From a virus (Duplodnaviria; Caudoviricetes), in the IMG/VR virus record IMGVR_UViG_3300036823_000041, positions 1-62,291 of that record: DNA of 62,291 bases. One strand, written 5' to 3'. Positions 16,632 to 25,148 of the stretch are shown here, piece by piece. The position numbers were made by a program, and so were the translations under genes. Positions within the stretch are counted from its first letter, which is position 1; each line of letters begins with the position of its first letter. Under the pieces are notes generated by a model. The model ran no database searches, was not told the origin of the DNA, and saw only the letters and a list, made by a program, of their open reading frames with translations.

Positions 16632-17808
16632 CGACGACCGCATAACCCGCGCGATGGCCGAGCTCGACGGGCTCCCGCCGCAGACCTCGGTCGAGGTCGC
16701 CAAGGGCGTAGAGATCCGGCGCAAGGCCTCGGGCATTCTGGTCGTATCGCTTCACTACTCGGCTGATCCGCGGCGCGACCCTGAGACGCCAGAGGGGCAG
16801 GCGTGGGTCAAGGCCGAGCGTGCCGGCTATCCGACGCAGGGCGACTGGGACCGCGAGCAGGAGATTGACGACACGGCCGGCGGCGGCGAGCGCATGCTGG
16901 CGCCACTGCTGCAGGCCTACGGCGACAAGATCATCATCAGCGACCCGAACTGGATGCCCGATCCGCGGTGGGAGTGTGTCGAGGGCTTCGATCATGGCGT
17001 CTCGAATCCGACGGCCATGCTCAAAATGTACATAGACTTCAACGGCGATCGCTATCTCTGTGGCGAGTACTACAACTGGCGCCGTGATCCGAAGCCGAAC
17101 CGCGACGATCCAGGATGGGCAAACGAGATCAGCGATAACGCGCCGTACCTCATCGCGCTGCACAATCTCCGCAAGCCGCGCTGGTCACTCGCCGACCCGT
17201 CCATCTTCAACCAGAGGAACCAGGCGCAGAAGGACGGCAAGTTCACCTTCACCAGTGTGATTTACCGCGAGCAGGGTGTGCGATTCCTGTCGCCGTTCCC
17301 GAGCGAACTGCCGCGCGAGGACGAAACCTATATGACCCGGCTGCGCGAGCACTGGGGCGGCCTCGACGAAGAGGGCCAGCAGCCAACGCTCTACATCGTT
17401 TGCCGACCGCATCTCGATACCGGCTATCGCATTCCAGGCCTGCATCCCTACGACTGCCCCAATTTGCTGTGGGAGATGCGCCGGCGCAAGCGGGTCCAGC
17501 TCACCGACCGGCAACTCATGGCGCGCAATCAGTCAGAGAAGCTCGTCGACAAGGACAACCATGCTTGCGATGCCCACAAATACATGGAAATGAAGATGCC
17601 GCGGCCGACGCGCAAGCCGATCGAAATGCTCTACGAGGAGCAGGTCGCCGGCCCGATGCGGGAGATCCTCGCAGCGCGCGGTCAGGCGCCGATGAATCCG
17701 ATGTCTGAAGCGGTTGCGATGTCGCGCTATCTGGCTCTTGGCGGCGGCCAGCCTAAGAGGGGCGGCCAGGTGTCGACCCGAAACAGGCGCCGCATGCCTC
17801 TCCGGTAA
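16618..17808 (+). CDS. terminase large subunit, lid plus RNase H-like nuclease part
   Basis: LHYSADP...WDREQEID, then EGFDHGVSNPTA, LADPS and DKDNHACDA acidic nuclease motifs. Confidence 0.8.
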   Translation: MTPTSDDRITRAMAELDGLPPQTSVEVAKGVEIRRKASGILVVSLHYSADPRRDPETPEGQAWVKAERAGYPTQGDWDREQEIDDTAGGGERMLAPLLQAYGDKIIISDPNWMPDPRWECVEGFDHGVSNPTAMLKMYIDFNGDRYLCGEYYNWRRDPKPNRDDPGWANEISDNAPYLIALHNLRKPRWSLADPSIFNQRNQAQKDGKFTFTSVIYREQGVRFLSPFPSELPREDETYMTRLREHWGGLDEEGQQPTLYIVCRPHLDTGYRIPGLHPYDCPNLLWEMRRRKRVQLTDRQLMARNQSEKLVDKDNHACDAHKYMEMKMPRPTRKPIEMLYEEQVAGPMREILAARGQAPMNPMSEAVAMSRYLALGGGQPKRGGQVSTRNRRRMPLR

Positions 17809-17811
17809 AAA

Positions 17812-17856
17812 GCAGAAAGCTCCCGAGCGTTTTGGCCCGCTCGAGAGCTTTTCTGC
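17812..17856. terminator. hairpin between convergent genes (likely bidirectional terminator)
   Basis: GCAGAAAGCTCCCGAGCG...CGCTCGAGAGCTTTTCTGC imperfect inverted repeat. Confidence 0.6.
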
Positions 17857-17881
17857 CATGCCTACTTTCCCTGCAGCTATC

Positions 17882-18946
17882 TTACTCCGGCTGATGCTCG
17901 TGCGCCGCGCCGGGAGCCTGAAAGGGCCGTCCGGTGGGGTGCTCGGCATTTGCTTCGAAGGTTTCGCCCTGCACCGCGGCGCCGATTGTCTCCGAGCCGA
18001 CACTGCCTGGGTCCGTTGCCGCGCCTTCCATCGGCACCGCTCCGGTGCGATCGAAGCGCGCATCCTGGGGAACCTCGGCGCCCCGTTGCTGCAGGGCCGT
18101 GCGCTGGCGTGCGCGGTGCGCCTCGATCTCCTCCTCCGTGCTCGTTCCTGCGGGCGCAGGGGCAAGCGGCTTGCGGATGAGCTGGTCGACGGCCTGCGGC
18201 GTGTTCTCCGGCGCCTTGGGCGTCATCCTGCCCGCCTGTACGGCTCCGGTCGCGGTGGTATCTGCCTGCAGGTAATGCCCGGCATGGGTACGGATGGGAC
18301 CATAGCCCTCGCCGCCCTGTGCCGCTCTCTGCTGCTCCGCGTTCGCCAGCCGGCTTGCCTGGTCCTGATTCAGATCAAGGCCTTGGAGGGTGATAGCGTC
18401 ATCGACTGAGTCGGCTGGAATCAGGTCGACCCACACGACCGACTCCTGGCCAGCCTTGGCAGACGGCGCGGTGTGGTGGTGGATGGGACCGGTGCGGGTG
18501 AAGGCCTTGTGCCAATCCGGGCCGCCGAGCAGCTCCGCATCGGACGAGTGGCACCATGCAACGCTCAGGTAGGGTTCGCCGTTTTCGCCCTGGCGATTCT
18601 CGTCCAGGTTGGAAACGCCGGTGACGGTTCCGAATTTGGCGCTTACCACGCCGCCGGATTCGATGACCTGCAGGCGGACGGTATCGCCGCGCCGCGGACT
18701 GATGGCCTGCTTCTCGCGTCCGAGCTGGTCGCTCTCTCGCGCGGTCATGGCTGCGGTATCTGATCCAGAGTGCCGGGAATGGATGACGGCGCGCTGGCTA
18801 TCGGTGAGCGGCTTGCGACCTTCCGCATCGGCTTCTACAGGTGCGTCTGCGCCGGTCATGCGCTCATGCTCCAAGGCCGCGATGCGGTGCTCTGGCTCGA
18901 GCTCGTGCTGGAACTGTGGTTTCTGGTTTGGCGTTTCGCTGTTCAT
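17882..18946 (-). CDS. hypothetical protein (central beta domain, disordered termini)
   Basis: 354-aa ORF with protein-like composition that fills the gap between two terminators. Confidence 0.65.
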   Translation of the reverse strand: MNSETPNQKPQFQHELEPEHRIAALEHERMTGADAPVEADAEGRKPLTDSQRAVIHSRHSGSDTAAMTARESDQLGREKQAISPRRGDTVRLQVIESGGVVSAKFGTVTGVSNLDENRQGENGEPYLSVAWCHSSDAELLGGPDWHKAFTRTGPIHHHTAPSAKAGQESVVWVDLIPADSVDDAITLQGLDLNQDQASRLANAEQQRAAQGGEGYGPIRTHAGHYLQADTTATGAVQAGRMTPKAPENTPQAVDQLIRKPLAPAPAGTSTEEEIEAHRARQRTALQQRGAEVPQDARFDRTGAVPMEGAATDPGSVGSETIGAAVQGETFEANAEHPTGRPFQAPGAAHEHQPE

Positions 18947-19048
18947 GGGACTCGTGCTGCCTATGTTTGGATTTTTTTGCGGTGATAGCGAGCCTTTCCA
19001 GGCTCCATGCAGGGATTAGATGGCGCCCCGCGGCCCTATAGCAAGGGG

Positions 19049-19082
19049 AAAAAGAAACGGCGCGCCACAGGTGGGCGCGCCG
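19049..19082 (-). terminator. intrinsic terminator of the leftward operon
   Basis: CGGCGCGCC/GGCGCGCCG stem followed on the minus strand by TTTCTTTTT. Confidence 0.7.
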
Positions 19083-19096
19083 CGGGGTGGACCAAC

Positions 19097-19729
19097 TCAG
19101 TGCAGAAGCGCCGCGCCGCGCGCCTTCTGCGCCTTCGGCGTGTTGTCGCGGACAGGAGCGCCGAGGCCGAGCGAAGCCTGATTGTCGGGCTTCTTCTCCT
19201 CTTTGGCCTGATGCGCGACCGGCACACTATCGAAGTCGATGACCTGCTGGCCCTGCGAGAACGCCGCGGCGAACTGCTGGTGGAAGTGACCGTGTAGCCA
19301 CTGATGAAGCTGGAGCGGGTCGGCGCAACGGACCTGCCAGCTCAGCCAGAATTTCGTCTTCTCTTCGAGGCCTTCGCGCTCGAGCGTAAACTTCGCGAAC
19401 TCGCACGCGGTCAGGAGCAGTGCGCGCTCTTTCGTGTCGGCCGTCGCATAGACCTCGATCGTCATGCCCGGCATCGTGCGGCTCTTGTTGAACGTAACGC
19501 GGCCGGCTCCGGTATCGTCTTCGGCGATGAAGTCGATCGCGTTACCCACCCATCCGGGCATGCCGGTCGCCGCCTCGCCGGTGAGCTCCATCGCAAGCAT
19601 GAGTTTCTTCTGCGACAGTGCGCCGTCGCCGTCCTTGTCACCGCGGCCGCGCAGCGGGACGTAGTTGTCGAGGTAGAGGTATTTGCGGACGCCGGGAAAG
19701 AATGTGCGGCCAAGCGGATTAAGTTCCAT
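19097..19729 (-). CDS. hypothetical protein
   Basis: 210 aa, GGAGGCAC SD, last gene of the leftward operon. Confidence 0.7.
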   Translation of the reverse strand: MELNPLGRTFFPGVRKYLYLDNYVPLRGRGDKDGDGALSQKKLMLAMELTGEAATGMPGWVGNAIDFIAEDDTGAGRVTFNKSRTMPGMTIEVYATADTKERALLLTACEFAKFTLEREGLEEKTKFWLSWQVRCADPLQLHQWLHGHFHQQFAAAFSQGQQVIDFDSVPVAHQAKEEKKPDNQASLGLGAPVRDNTPKAQKARGAALLH

Positions 19730-19743
19730 GTGTGTGCCTCCGT

Positions 19744-20211
19744 TTAGAAATCTGGATCGAAGTCGAGTTTAGCTGGCGCGCGGTACGCCGGCACGGGCTT
19801 GGTGGATTTCTGGACACTTTTCTCGGCCTTCAGGCGGCGCCATCTTTCGTGCTTGGCGTGATGGCCGTTGCGGATACTGTCCTCGAGCACTTGCCAGTCG
19901 CGCGGCGTCATTTCCAGGCGCAGGGCCATGAGCAGCCGGAATCCCTCGCCGGTCATGTTGCCCTTGAGGATGTTGCAGTCCTTGCAGCAGGGCAGCAGGT
20001 TGTCGAGCTCGTAACTGCCATGCTGCCCGCGCGGGATCATATGGTCGAGGGTGAGGTTGAGGATGTCGATGGGCCGGTTGCAGCCATACGGGCACATGCG
20101 CGCCTTGAGCGCGTCCGCCGATGGCCCGGCGCCGCCTCCCATCGCGCGCCAGAGCCAGAGGGTGAGCTGGTCGCGGGTGAACGGCAGGCGATAGCCGTCC
20201 TTCTTCGCCAT
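19744..20211 (-). CDS. HNH endonuclease
   Basis: CPYGC...LTLDHMIP...NLLPCCKDCNILKG. The frame stays protein-like up to about 20268, so the true start may be further upstream. Confidence 0.85.
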   Translation of the reverse strand: MAKKDGYRLPFTRDQLTLWLWRAMGGGAGPSADALKARMCPYGCNRPIDILNLTLDHMIPRGQHGSYELDNLLPCCKDCNILKGNMTGEGFRLLMALRLEMTPRDWQVLEDSIRNGHHAKHERWRRLKAEKSVQKSTKPVPAYRAPAKLDFDPDF

Positions 20212-20264
20212 GCCGCGCTGCGAGTCATAGAGCGCCTTCGCGCGGTCGTCGAACGCAAACTCGT

Positions 20265-21959
20265 CTAGCGTAAGGCCTCCGCGAGACGCACTGCGTCCCC
20301 GTCTACGACGACGATCATCTTGCCCTGGAGCCGCTGGATGTATGCGTTCCTGGTCGACCGTTTGTAGTCAGTGATCGCGGTGATCTCTTCCCGAGTCACA
20401 AAGGGCTCTTGCGCGATGCACTCGAGCACCTTGCGTTCACCCTCCGGCACCCGCGCCATCCACCACGCAAGCAGCGCGCGGCCCTCTGGCAGCGGCTCAA
20501 AGTTGCCCAGTGCGACCATTCCCTCCTGCGTCGCCTTGAGCGGCTCGGCGCCAAGGCTGAGATAGCCCTTGCCCTGCAGCCGCTGGATATAGGCATTGCG
20601 CGTCGATCTCTTGTAGCCGGTAAGCGCCGTGACGGTTTCGCGGTTCAAGCCTGTGCCGTACTGCGCGAACGCGGTGAGCACGATGCGCTCGCCGGGCGGC
20701 ATCTCTTCGCCGTCGTCCGCGGGGGTCGCGAGGACGCGCGCAGGCGTCGGCGCGGGCACGGCGCGCACGTTCTTTACCTGCGGCGCGGGCGCCGGCGGAA
20801 GCGACTTTATAGCCCGGTTGACTGCGGCGTACCGTTCGCGCAAATCCTTGAGGATGCCCGCGAACTCGAGCATTTTCGCCTCGACGGTATTGAGGAGCCC
20901 GGCGTAGAGCTCCGAGTCCTTGGACAGCGCCTCCTGCAATACTCTGTTTTCCTCGGCGTAGCTGGCTACCTTGGCACGCGCGTCGGCCAGCGCACTACTC
21001 GCGAGCCCGTCGTTGTTCATTGACCCGCGCTCGAGCTCGGCGATGCGACGCTTCAGCACCGCGGGATCGTTCGCGCGCTTCTGCTCGACGGTCGCGGCGA
21101 TCTGTTTGCCGAGCTTCGCCAGGTCGACCTCCTGCAGCTCGCGAGGCTTCTCTGCTTCCTTGCCGGGCTCAGGCGTGGCGCTCGAGTCGAACGTGACGCG
21201 CTTGCGCACCTTGGCCCGCTGGAACACTTTCAGGCTCGGCGCCCAGAACCAGGCCTCGCCGGTCGGCAGGCTCGGCAGCGAGTCGACCATCTCCTTCGCC
21301 TGCTCGGTGCTGGCCTGCGATTGCATCCAGAGCTTCACCGCGCCGATGTCCAGGTTGTGCGACATCCGCATGGCGATGAGTACCTCGCACTGCGTAAGGA
21401 CATCCTTCGCGATCGCCTGCGGCCGTTGCGTGACCAGGGCGCAGCCGAGCCCGCGAGCCCGACCGCGGCGCACGAGGAACTGCATCGCTCCCAGGCATGC
21501 CGGCCCGTTGCCGGACGTGGCGCCCTGCGGCGCGAACATATCCGCCTCGTCGACGATGACGTAGCAGCTCTCGCGATGGCGCGCCTTCAGCCGATAGAGC
21601 TCGTGCAGGAACGAGCCAACAAAGCGCAGCCCGTCGCTATTTGTCATGTCCGACGTGTCGAGGATGAGCGAGAAGCGATGCTCGACGACGGCCTTCGCCA
21701 GCTCCTCGCCTGATGCCGGCGACAGCGGGAGATCCTGGTGCTCGCCGCCGAAGATGGGGAGCGAGAAGCCGCTCTTGAGCCCGTACATCACGCCGACGGG
21801 GTCGATGATGACGACCTGCTGCTTCAGCGAGAGCAACTCCTCGGCAATGACCGACGCCGTGTACGTCTTGCCGGCGCCGCGGTTCGCGAGCACGGCCGTC
21901 GCTAAAGTCATCAGGTTCAGATCGAGCCGCACGCCGTCGGCGATGTTGAGATGCTTCAT
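20265..21959 (-). CDS. HerA/FtsK-superfamily (DUF87-type) ATPase with tandem C-terminal winged-helix repeats
   Basis: ANRGAGKT Walker A, IIDPVG, IVDEADMFAP Walker B, RGRARG arginine finger and VTQRP. YKRSTRNAYIQRLQGK occurs twice. Confidence 0.85.
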   Translation of the reverse strand: MKHLNIADGVRLDLNLMTLATAVLANRGAGKTYTASVIAEELLSLKQQVVIIDPVGVMYGLKSGFSLPIFGGEHQDLPLSPASGEELAKAVVEHRFSLILDTSDMTNSDGLRFVGSFLHELYRLKARHRESCYVIVDEADMFAPQGATSGNGPACLGAMQFLVRRGRARGLGCALVTQRPQAIAKDVLTQCEVLIAMRMSHNLDIGAVKLWMQSQASTEQAKEMVDSLPSLPTGEAWFWAPSLKVFQRAKVRKRVTFDSSATPEPGKEAEKPRELQEVDLAKLGKQIAATVEQKRANDPAVLKRRIAELERGSMNNDGLASSALADARAKVASYAEENRVLQEALSKDSELYAGLLNTVEAKMLEFAGILKDLRERYAAVNRAIKSLPPAPAPQVKNVRAVPAPTPARVLATPADDGEEMPPGERIVLTAFAQYGTGLNRETVTALTGYKRSTRNAYIQRLQGKGYLSLGAEPLKATQEGMVALGNFEPLPEGRALLAWWMARVPEGERKVLECIAQEPFVTREEITAITDYKRSTRNAYIQRLQGKMIVVVDGDAVRLAEALR

Positions 21960-22393
21960 TGCTTTGGGCCTTTCACGTCGAGATCGTCGAATGCCGCTTT
22001 GGCGCGGTCCTTCTCGCTCTGATCCTTCATCTCTTCGAAGACGCTATTGAACATCTCGAAAGCGCCCGTCATGACCTGATTGGTTGCCGGATTCTGCAGC
22101 ATGCCCTGCGCGATCGCAAACATGATGCAGGCCAGACAGCCCCCGGCCTTCGACTGGTTGACGATGGTCGGAAGCTGCGGGCCGAACTCGGGCACGGCGT
22201 AAGGCGCTTTGACGATAAGCGCGCCCTGGAAGATGCAGGCGTGAACGCCGTATCGCTCGGTCAGCGCCTCAAGCTCATGGTTGAAATCCTCCCACGCCTG
22301 ATTCGCTTTTTCCAGGTTCGCGTACTCGCGGCCGGACGGTACATGCTTGGTATCGGCCGGCAGCTTGAGCTCCTTCACTATCTGGTCCGTCAT
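21956..22393 (-). CDS. hypothetical protein with GxH...GGCxxC motif
   Basis: Start MTDQIVKEL overlaps the stop of the upstream gene. Similar to the 24735-25148 product. Confidence 0.6.
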   Translation of the reverse strand: MTDQIVKELKLPADTKHVPSGREYANLEKANQAWEDFNHELEALTERYGVHACIFQGALIVKAPYAVPEFGPQLPTIVNQSKAGGCLACIMFAIAQGMLQNPATNQVMTGAFEMFNSVFEEMKDQSEKDRAKAAFDDLDVKGPKQ

Positions 22394-24246
22394 TGTGCGC
22401 CCGTCCTTGCCTGCTCCGTTGCGACTGTATGGCCGTTGACCATATCGAGCCGGTAGAAGACTGTCCCCGGCGCCCGCGGCGCTTCGACCTTCTCGTCGGT
22501 GAGGAGCAGGATGGCCTGCTCTATACGCTCGTCGCTCCATAGCTGGTTGAACAGGATCGAGCGCCCATCTGGCGTGAGCGTGTCGACCTCGTCGATGACG
22601 GCGAAGCCTACGCCGAGATGCACTGCGAGCGCGATCTGAAAGGCGATGCCGAATCGCAGCTTTTCGGACTCCGAGGCCAGGTCGAGCTCAATCTGCCAGC
22701 GCATGTCTTTGCGCTCGAGTTTGAAAGAATAAGGCTCCATCGTCACGTCGATGCCGTAGTCCCATGCCTGGAGCAGCGCGTTCATGCGACCGACGAACTG
22801 CGACAGGTACTTATCGAGGATCTGGACGCGCGCGCCTTTCGGCCCGAGCACTTCGCAGGCGCGATCGAGCTTCGCCTTCTCGACGTCCATTTCCTTGCGT
22901 TCCGTCCAGGCTTTTTCGGAGTCGATCTTGCGCTGCGCTGCCATGCTGGCCTCGCGGTGCATCGTCCAGCCGCGCTCGATGCGCGTCTCGAGGTCGGAGA
23001 TCGCCGTGTCGATGGCGCTGGTGTCGAGCGCATCGACAGCCGCCGGCATGCCGGCCAGCTTCTCGCGGATAGTGGCGAGCCGCGCCTTCGCCCGGTCGAT
23101 GCTGGCATCGGACCGCTGGACGCCGACCTTTGCCTGCGCGTGCTTCTCGATCTTCGACTCAGCCTCGCCGAAGTCGGCCTCGATGCAATCGAGCGCATTA
23201 AGCGCGGCCTGCGTCGCGTCGCGCTCCTGTATGGCTCGATTGTTAGCCTCGATCATGGGTGAGTACATCGCCTGGCGCACTTCGGCGGTAACGGCCTGCC
23301 CGCAGGTTGGGCACATGTCGAGCGCCTCGAAGTTGGCGCCGTCGAGCGTTTCGGCGGCCGTCGCGGCGATAGAGGTCTGCTCGCCGAGCTTGCGCGAGAG
23401 CGTCTTCCATTCGTCGCGCTTGCCAAGGACGGCCTTCTGCTTGGCGAGATCCTCTTTACTGAGCACGTCGCCGGCATAGATCGCCCGGTCGCGTGTTGCG
23501 GCCGTGAGCTCGCCCTGCTCTTTCTTCGCGTCGGCTTCGAGGTCGGCGCGGTCCTTGTCTCCGGCAGAGCCGCCGAGCATGCGGGCGCGGTCCGCGCGGC
23601 GCGCATCGAGTTCCTCCTGGCGCGTCTTTATTTGCGCCTTCACCGCGTCGGGGTCGATGTCGGAGTCCGACGCCTTCGCCGGCTCGCGCCAGTCGCGGAT
23701 ACGGCGACTCAGCTCCGTGCGCTGCTCGAACGCGACCTGGTAGCCGTCGCCGATCTCCTTGAGCACATCGCCGCTCTTGCCGCGGTATGCCTCGCCGAGC
23801 ATCTCGATCAGTTCCTCGGGGAACGGGATGTCTTTCGGCACGACCAAGCCGGCGAGCAGGTCGCGCTGGTCTTCGGGTTTCATGCGTGCGAAGTAGCGGG
23901 TCGAGCATAGGCACGACCAGACATCGCGGGATAGTTCCGGCGCGGCGCCGTTCTTTGCCTGGAACTGGCGGCCGCCCTTTGCGGTGAGCGACGCGCGCAT
24001 CTTCGCGCCGTCGGCGAGCTCGAGCGTGACGACTGCCTTGTCGGCGCCTTTCTGGATCAGCCGATCCATGCCCTGCCCGTTTGCGCCGGTGGTCATGGTG
24101 CGAGCGGCGAAGAGAAAGCCGAGCGCCTCTTCGACCGAGCTCTTGCCGACCGAGTTCGCGCCGCGCAGCACGGTGATGCGCTCGAGCTCGAGCCTTGTCT
24201 CTTTGTGGGACCGGAATCCCTCGATAAGCAGCGTTTTAATCTTCAC
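22390..24246 (-). CDS. Rad50/SbcC-like SMC-family ATPase
   Basis: GGAGG SD before GTG 24246. IEGFRSH, GANSVGKS Walker A, coiled coil with CPTCGQ zinc hook, ASESEK signature and VIDEVD Walker B. Confidence 0.88.
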   Translation of the reverse strand: MKIKTLLIEGFRSHKETRLELERITVLRGANSVGKSSVEEALGFLFAARTMTTGANGQGMDRLIQKGADKAVVTLELADGAKMRASLTAKGGRQFQAKNGAAPELSRDVWSCLCSTRYFARMKPEDQRDLLAGLVVPKDIPFPEELIEMLGEAYRGKSGDVLKEIGDGYQVAFEQRTELSRRIRDWREPAKASDSDIDPDAVKAQIKTRQEELDARRADRARMLGGSAGDKDRADLEADAKKEQGELTAATRDRAIYAGDVLSKEDLAKQKAVLGKRDEWKTLSRKLGEQTSIAATAAETLDGANFEALDMCPTCGQAVTAEVRQAMYSPMIEANNRAIQERDATQAALNALDCIEADFGEAESKIEKHAQAKVGVQRSDASIDRAKARLATIREKLAGMPAAVDALDTSAIDTAISDLETRIERGWTMHREASMAAQRKIDSEKAWTERKEMDVEKAKLDRACEVLGPKGARVQILDKYLSQFVGRMNALLQAWDYGIDVTMEPYSFKLERKDMRWQIELDLASESEKLRFGIAFQIALAVHLGVGFAVIDEVDTLTPDGRSILFNQLWSDERIEQAILLLTDEKVEAPRAPGTVFYRLDMVNGHTVATEQARTGAQ

Positions 24247-24512
24247 CTTGGCTTGCCTCCCTGAGAATGCAGATACTTCATCGAATTGGCCTTCGCCTTC
24301 TTGCGCTTGAACTCGGCGCCGTCCGGGCAGGTTGCGAAGTGCGACATCACGGGCGACTCGTCGTTCGGCATCTCGTCGTAGGGGCAGGGCCGCTTGTTGG
24401 GCGACATCCACCACTCCATCATCCGGCTGCAGTTCCGCCCGGAGCAGAGGCCGCGCGACGAAAAGGTGTAGCCGGCTGCGATGAGCTCGGCTCTAGTGGT
24501 GGGTGCGGGCAC
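24243..24512 (-). CDS. small Zn-binding phage protein
   Basis: GGAGGCACC SD before GTG. CSGRNC...SHFATCP motif. Confidence 0.65.
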   Translation of the reverse strand: MPAPTTRAELIAAGYTFSSRGLCSGRNCSRMMEWWMSPNKRPCPYDEMPNDESPVMSHFATCPDGAEFKRKKAKANSMKYLHSQGGKPR

Positions 24513-24738
24513 GGGTGCCTCCTGACATCTTCTCGACTGCGCGCTTTGCGTCGGACAGTTTGACGGCGAGCGCCTCGGAAATCTTGCGGCGGTCGAGGAT
24601 CGCGGCCGGCGGGCAGACCGACTCACCGCAGGACGCCTCCCGCATCGCGTTCTTCTCGTCCTCCGCGAACAGGTGGCGTATCTGCTCCCAGGTCTGCACG
24701 GTGACGAGGATCATCTGGTCGGGCGTCTCGTCGGTCAT
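24493..24738 (-). CDS. hypothetical protein
   Basis: 81 aa, translationally coupled within the operon. Confidence 0.55.
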   Translation of the reverse strand: MTDETPDQMILVTVQTWEQIRHLFAEDEKNAMREASCGESVCPPAAILDRRKISEALAVKLSDAKRAVEKMSGGTRARTHH

Positions 24739-25148
24739 GCGTGGCCCGTCCCTGGCTGCTTCGCCATATGGTCGACCAGTGATTGCTCGAGGGCTTCATT
24801 GATCTTCGACATCGCAGAATTTGTGTAGGTGCGCTCGACCTCGGGCTCTGTCGAAACAACCTTCAGCACGCCGACGTGAATCGCGTAACCGCCGCACGAG
24901 CGGCAACCGCCGAGAATCCCTTTCGTGCGTAGCCCCTGGTCGTCCGGCAGGCTCGCGACCATGAAAAAGCAGTGGAGGCCGGCGGCGCGCGCCATCTCGG
25001 ACGCCTTCTGCAGCACGTCGTCGAGGCGCTGATGGGCCTCTTCCATGGTTTCTGCCGGGCGAGTGCTCGAGACGCTCTCGACGTAGTGCTTGCGCATCCA
25101 CGCGATCTGCTCGGCTTCGGTCATCTTGTCGAGGTCGGGCTTATCCAT
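24735..25148 (-). CDS. hypothetical protein with GxH...GGCxxC motif
   Basis: Start MDKPDLDK. AAGLHCFF...ILGGCRSCGGYAI. Confidence 0.6.
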   Translation of the reverse strand: MDKPDLDKMTEAEQIAWMRKHYVESVSSTRPAETMEEAHQRLDDVLQKASEMARAAGLHCFFMVASLPDDQGLRTKGILGGCRSCGGYAIHVGVLKVVSTEPEVERTYTNSAMSKINEALEQSLVDHMAKQPGTGHA

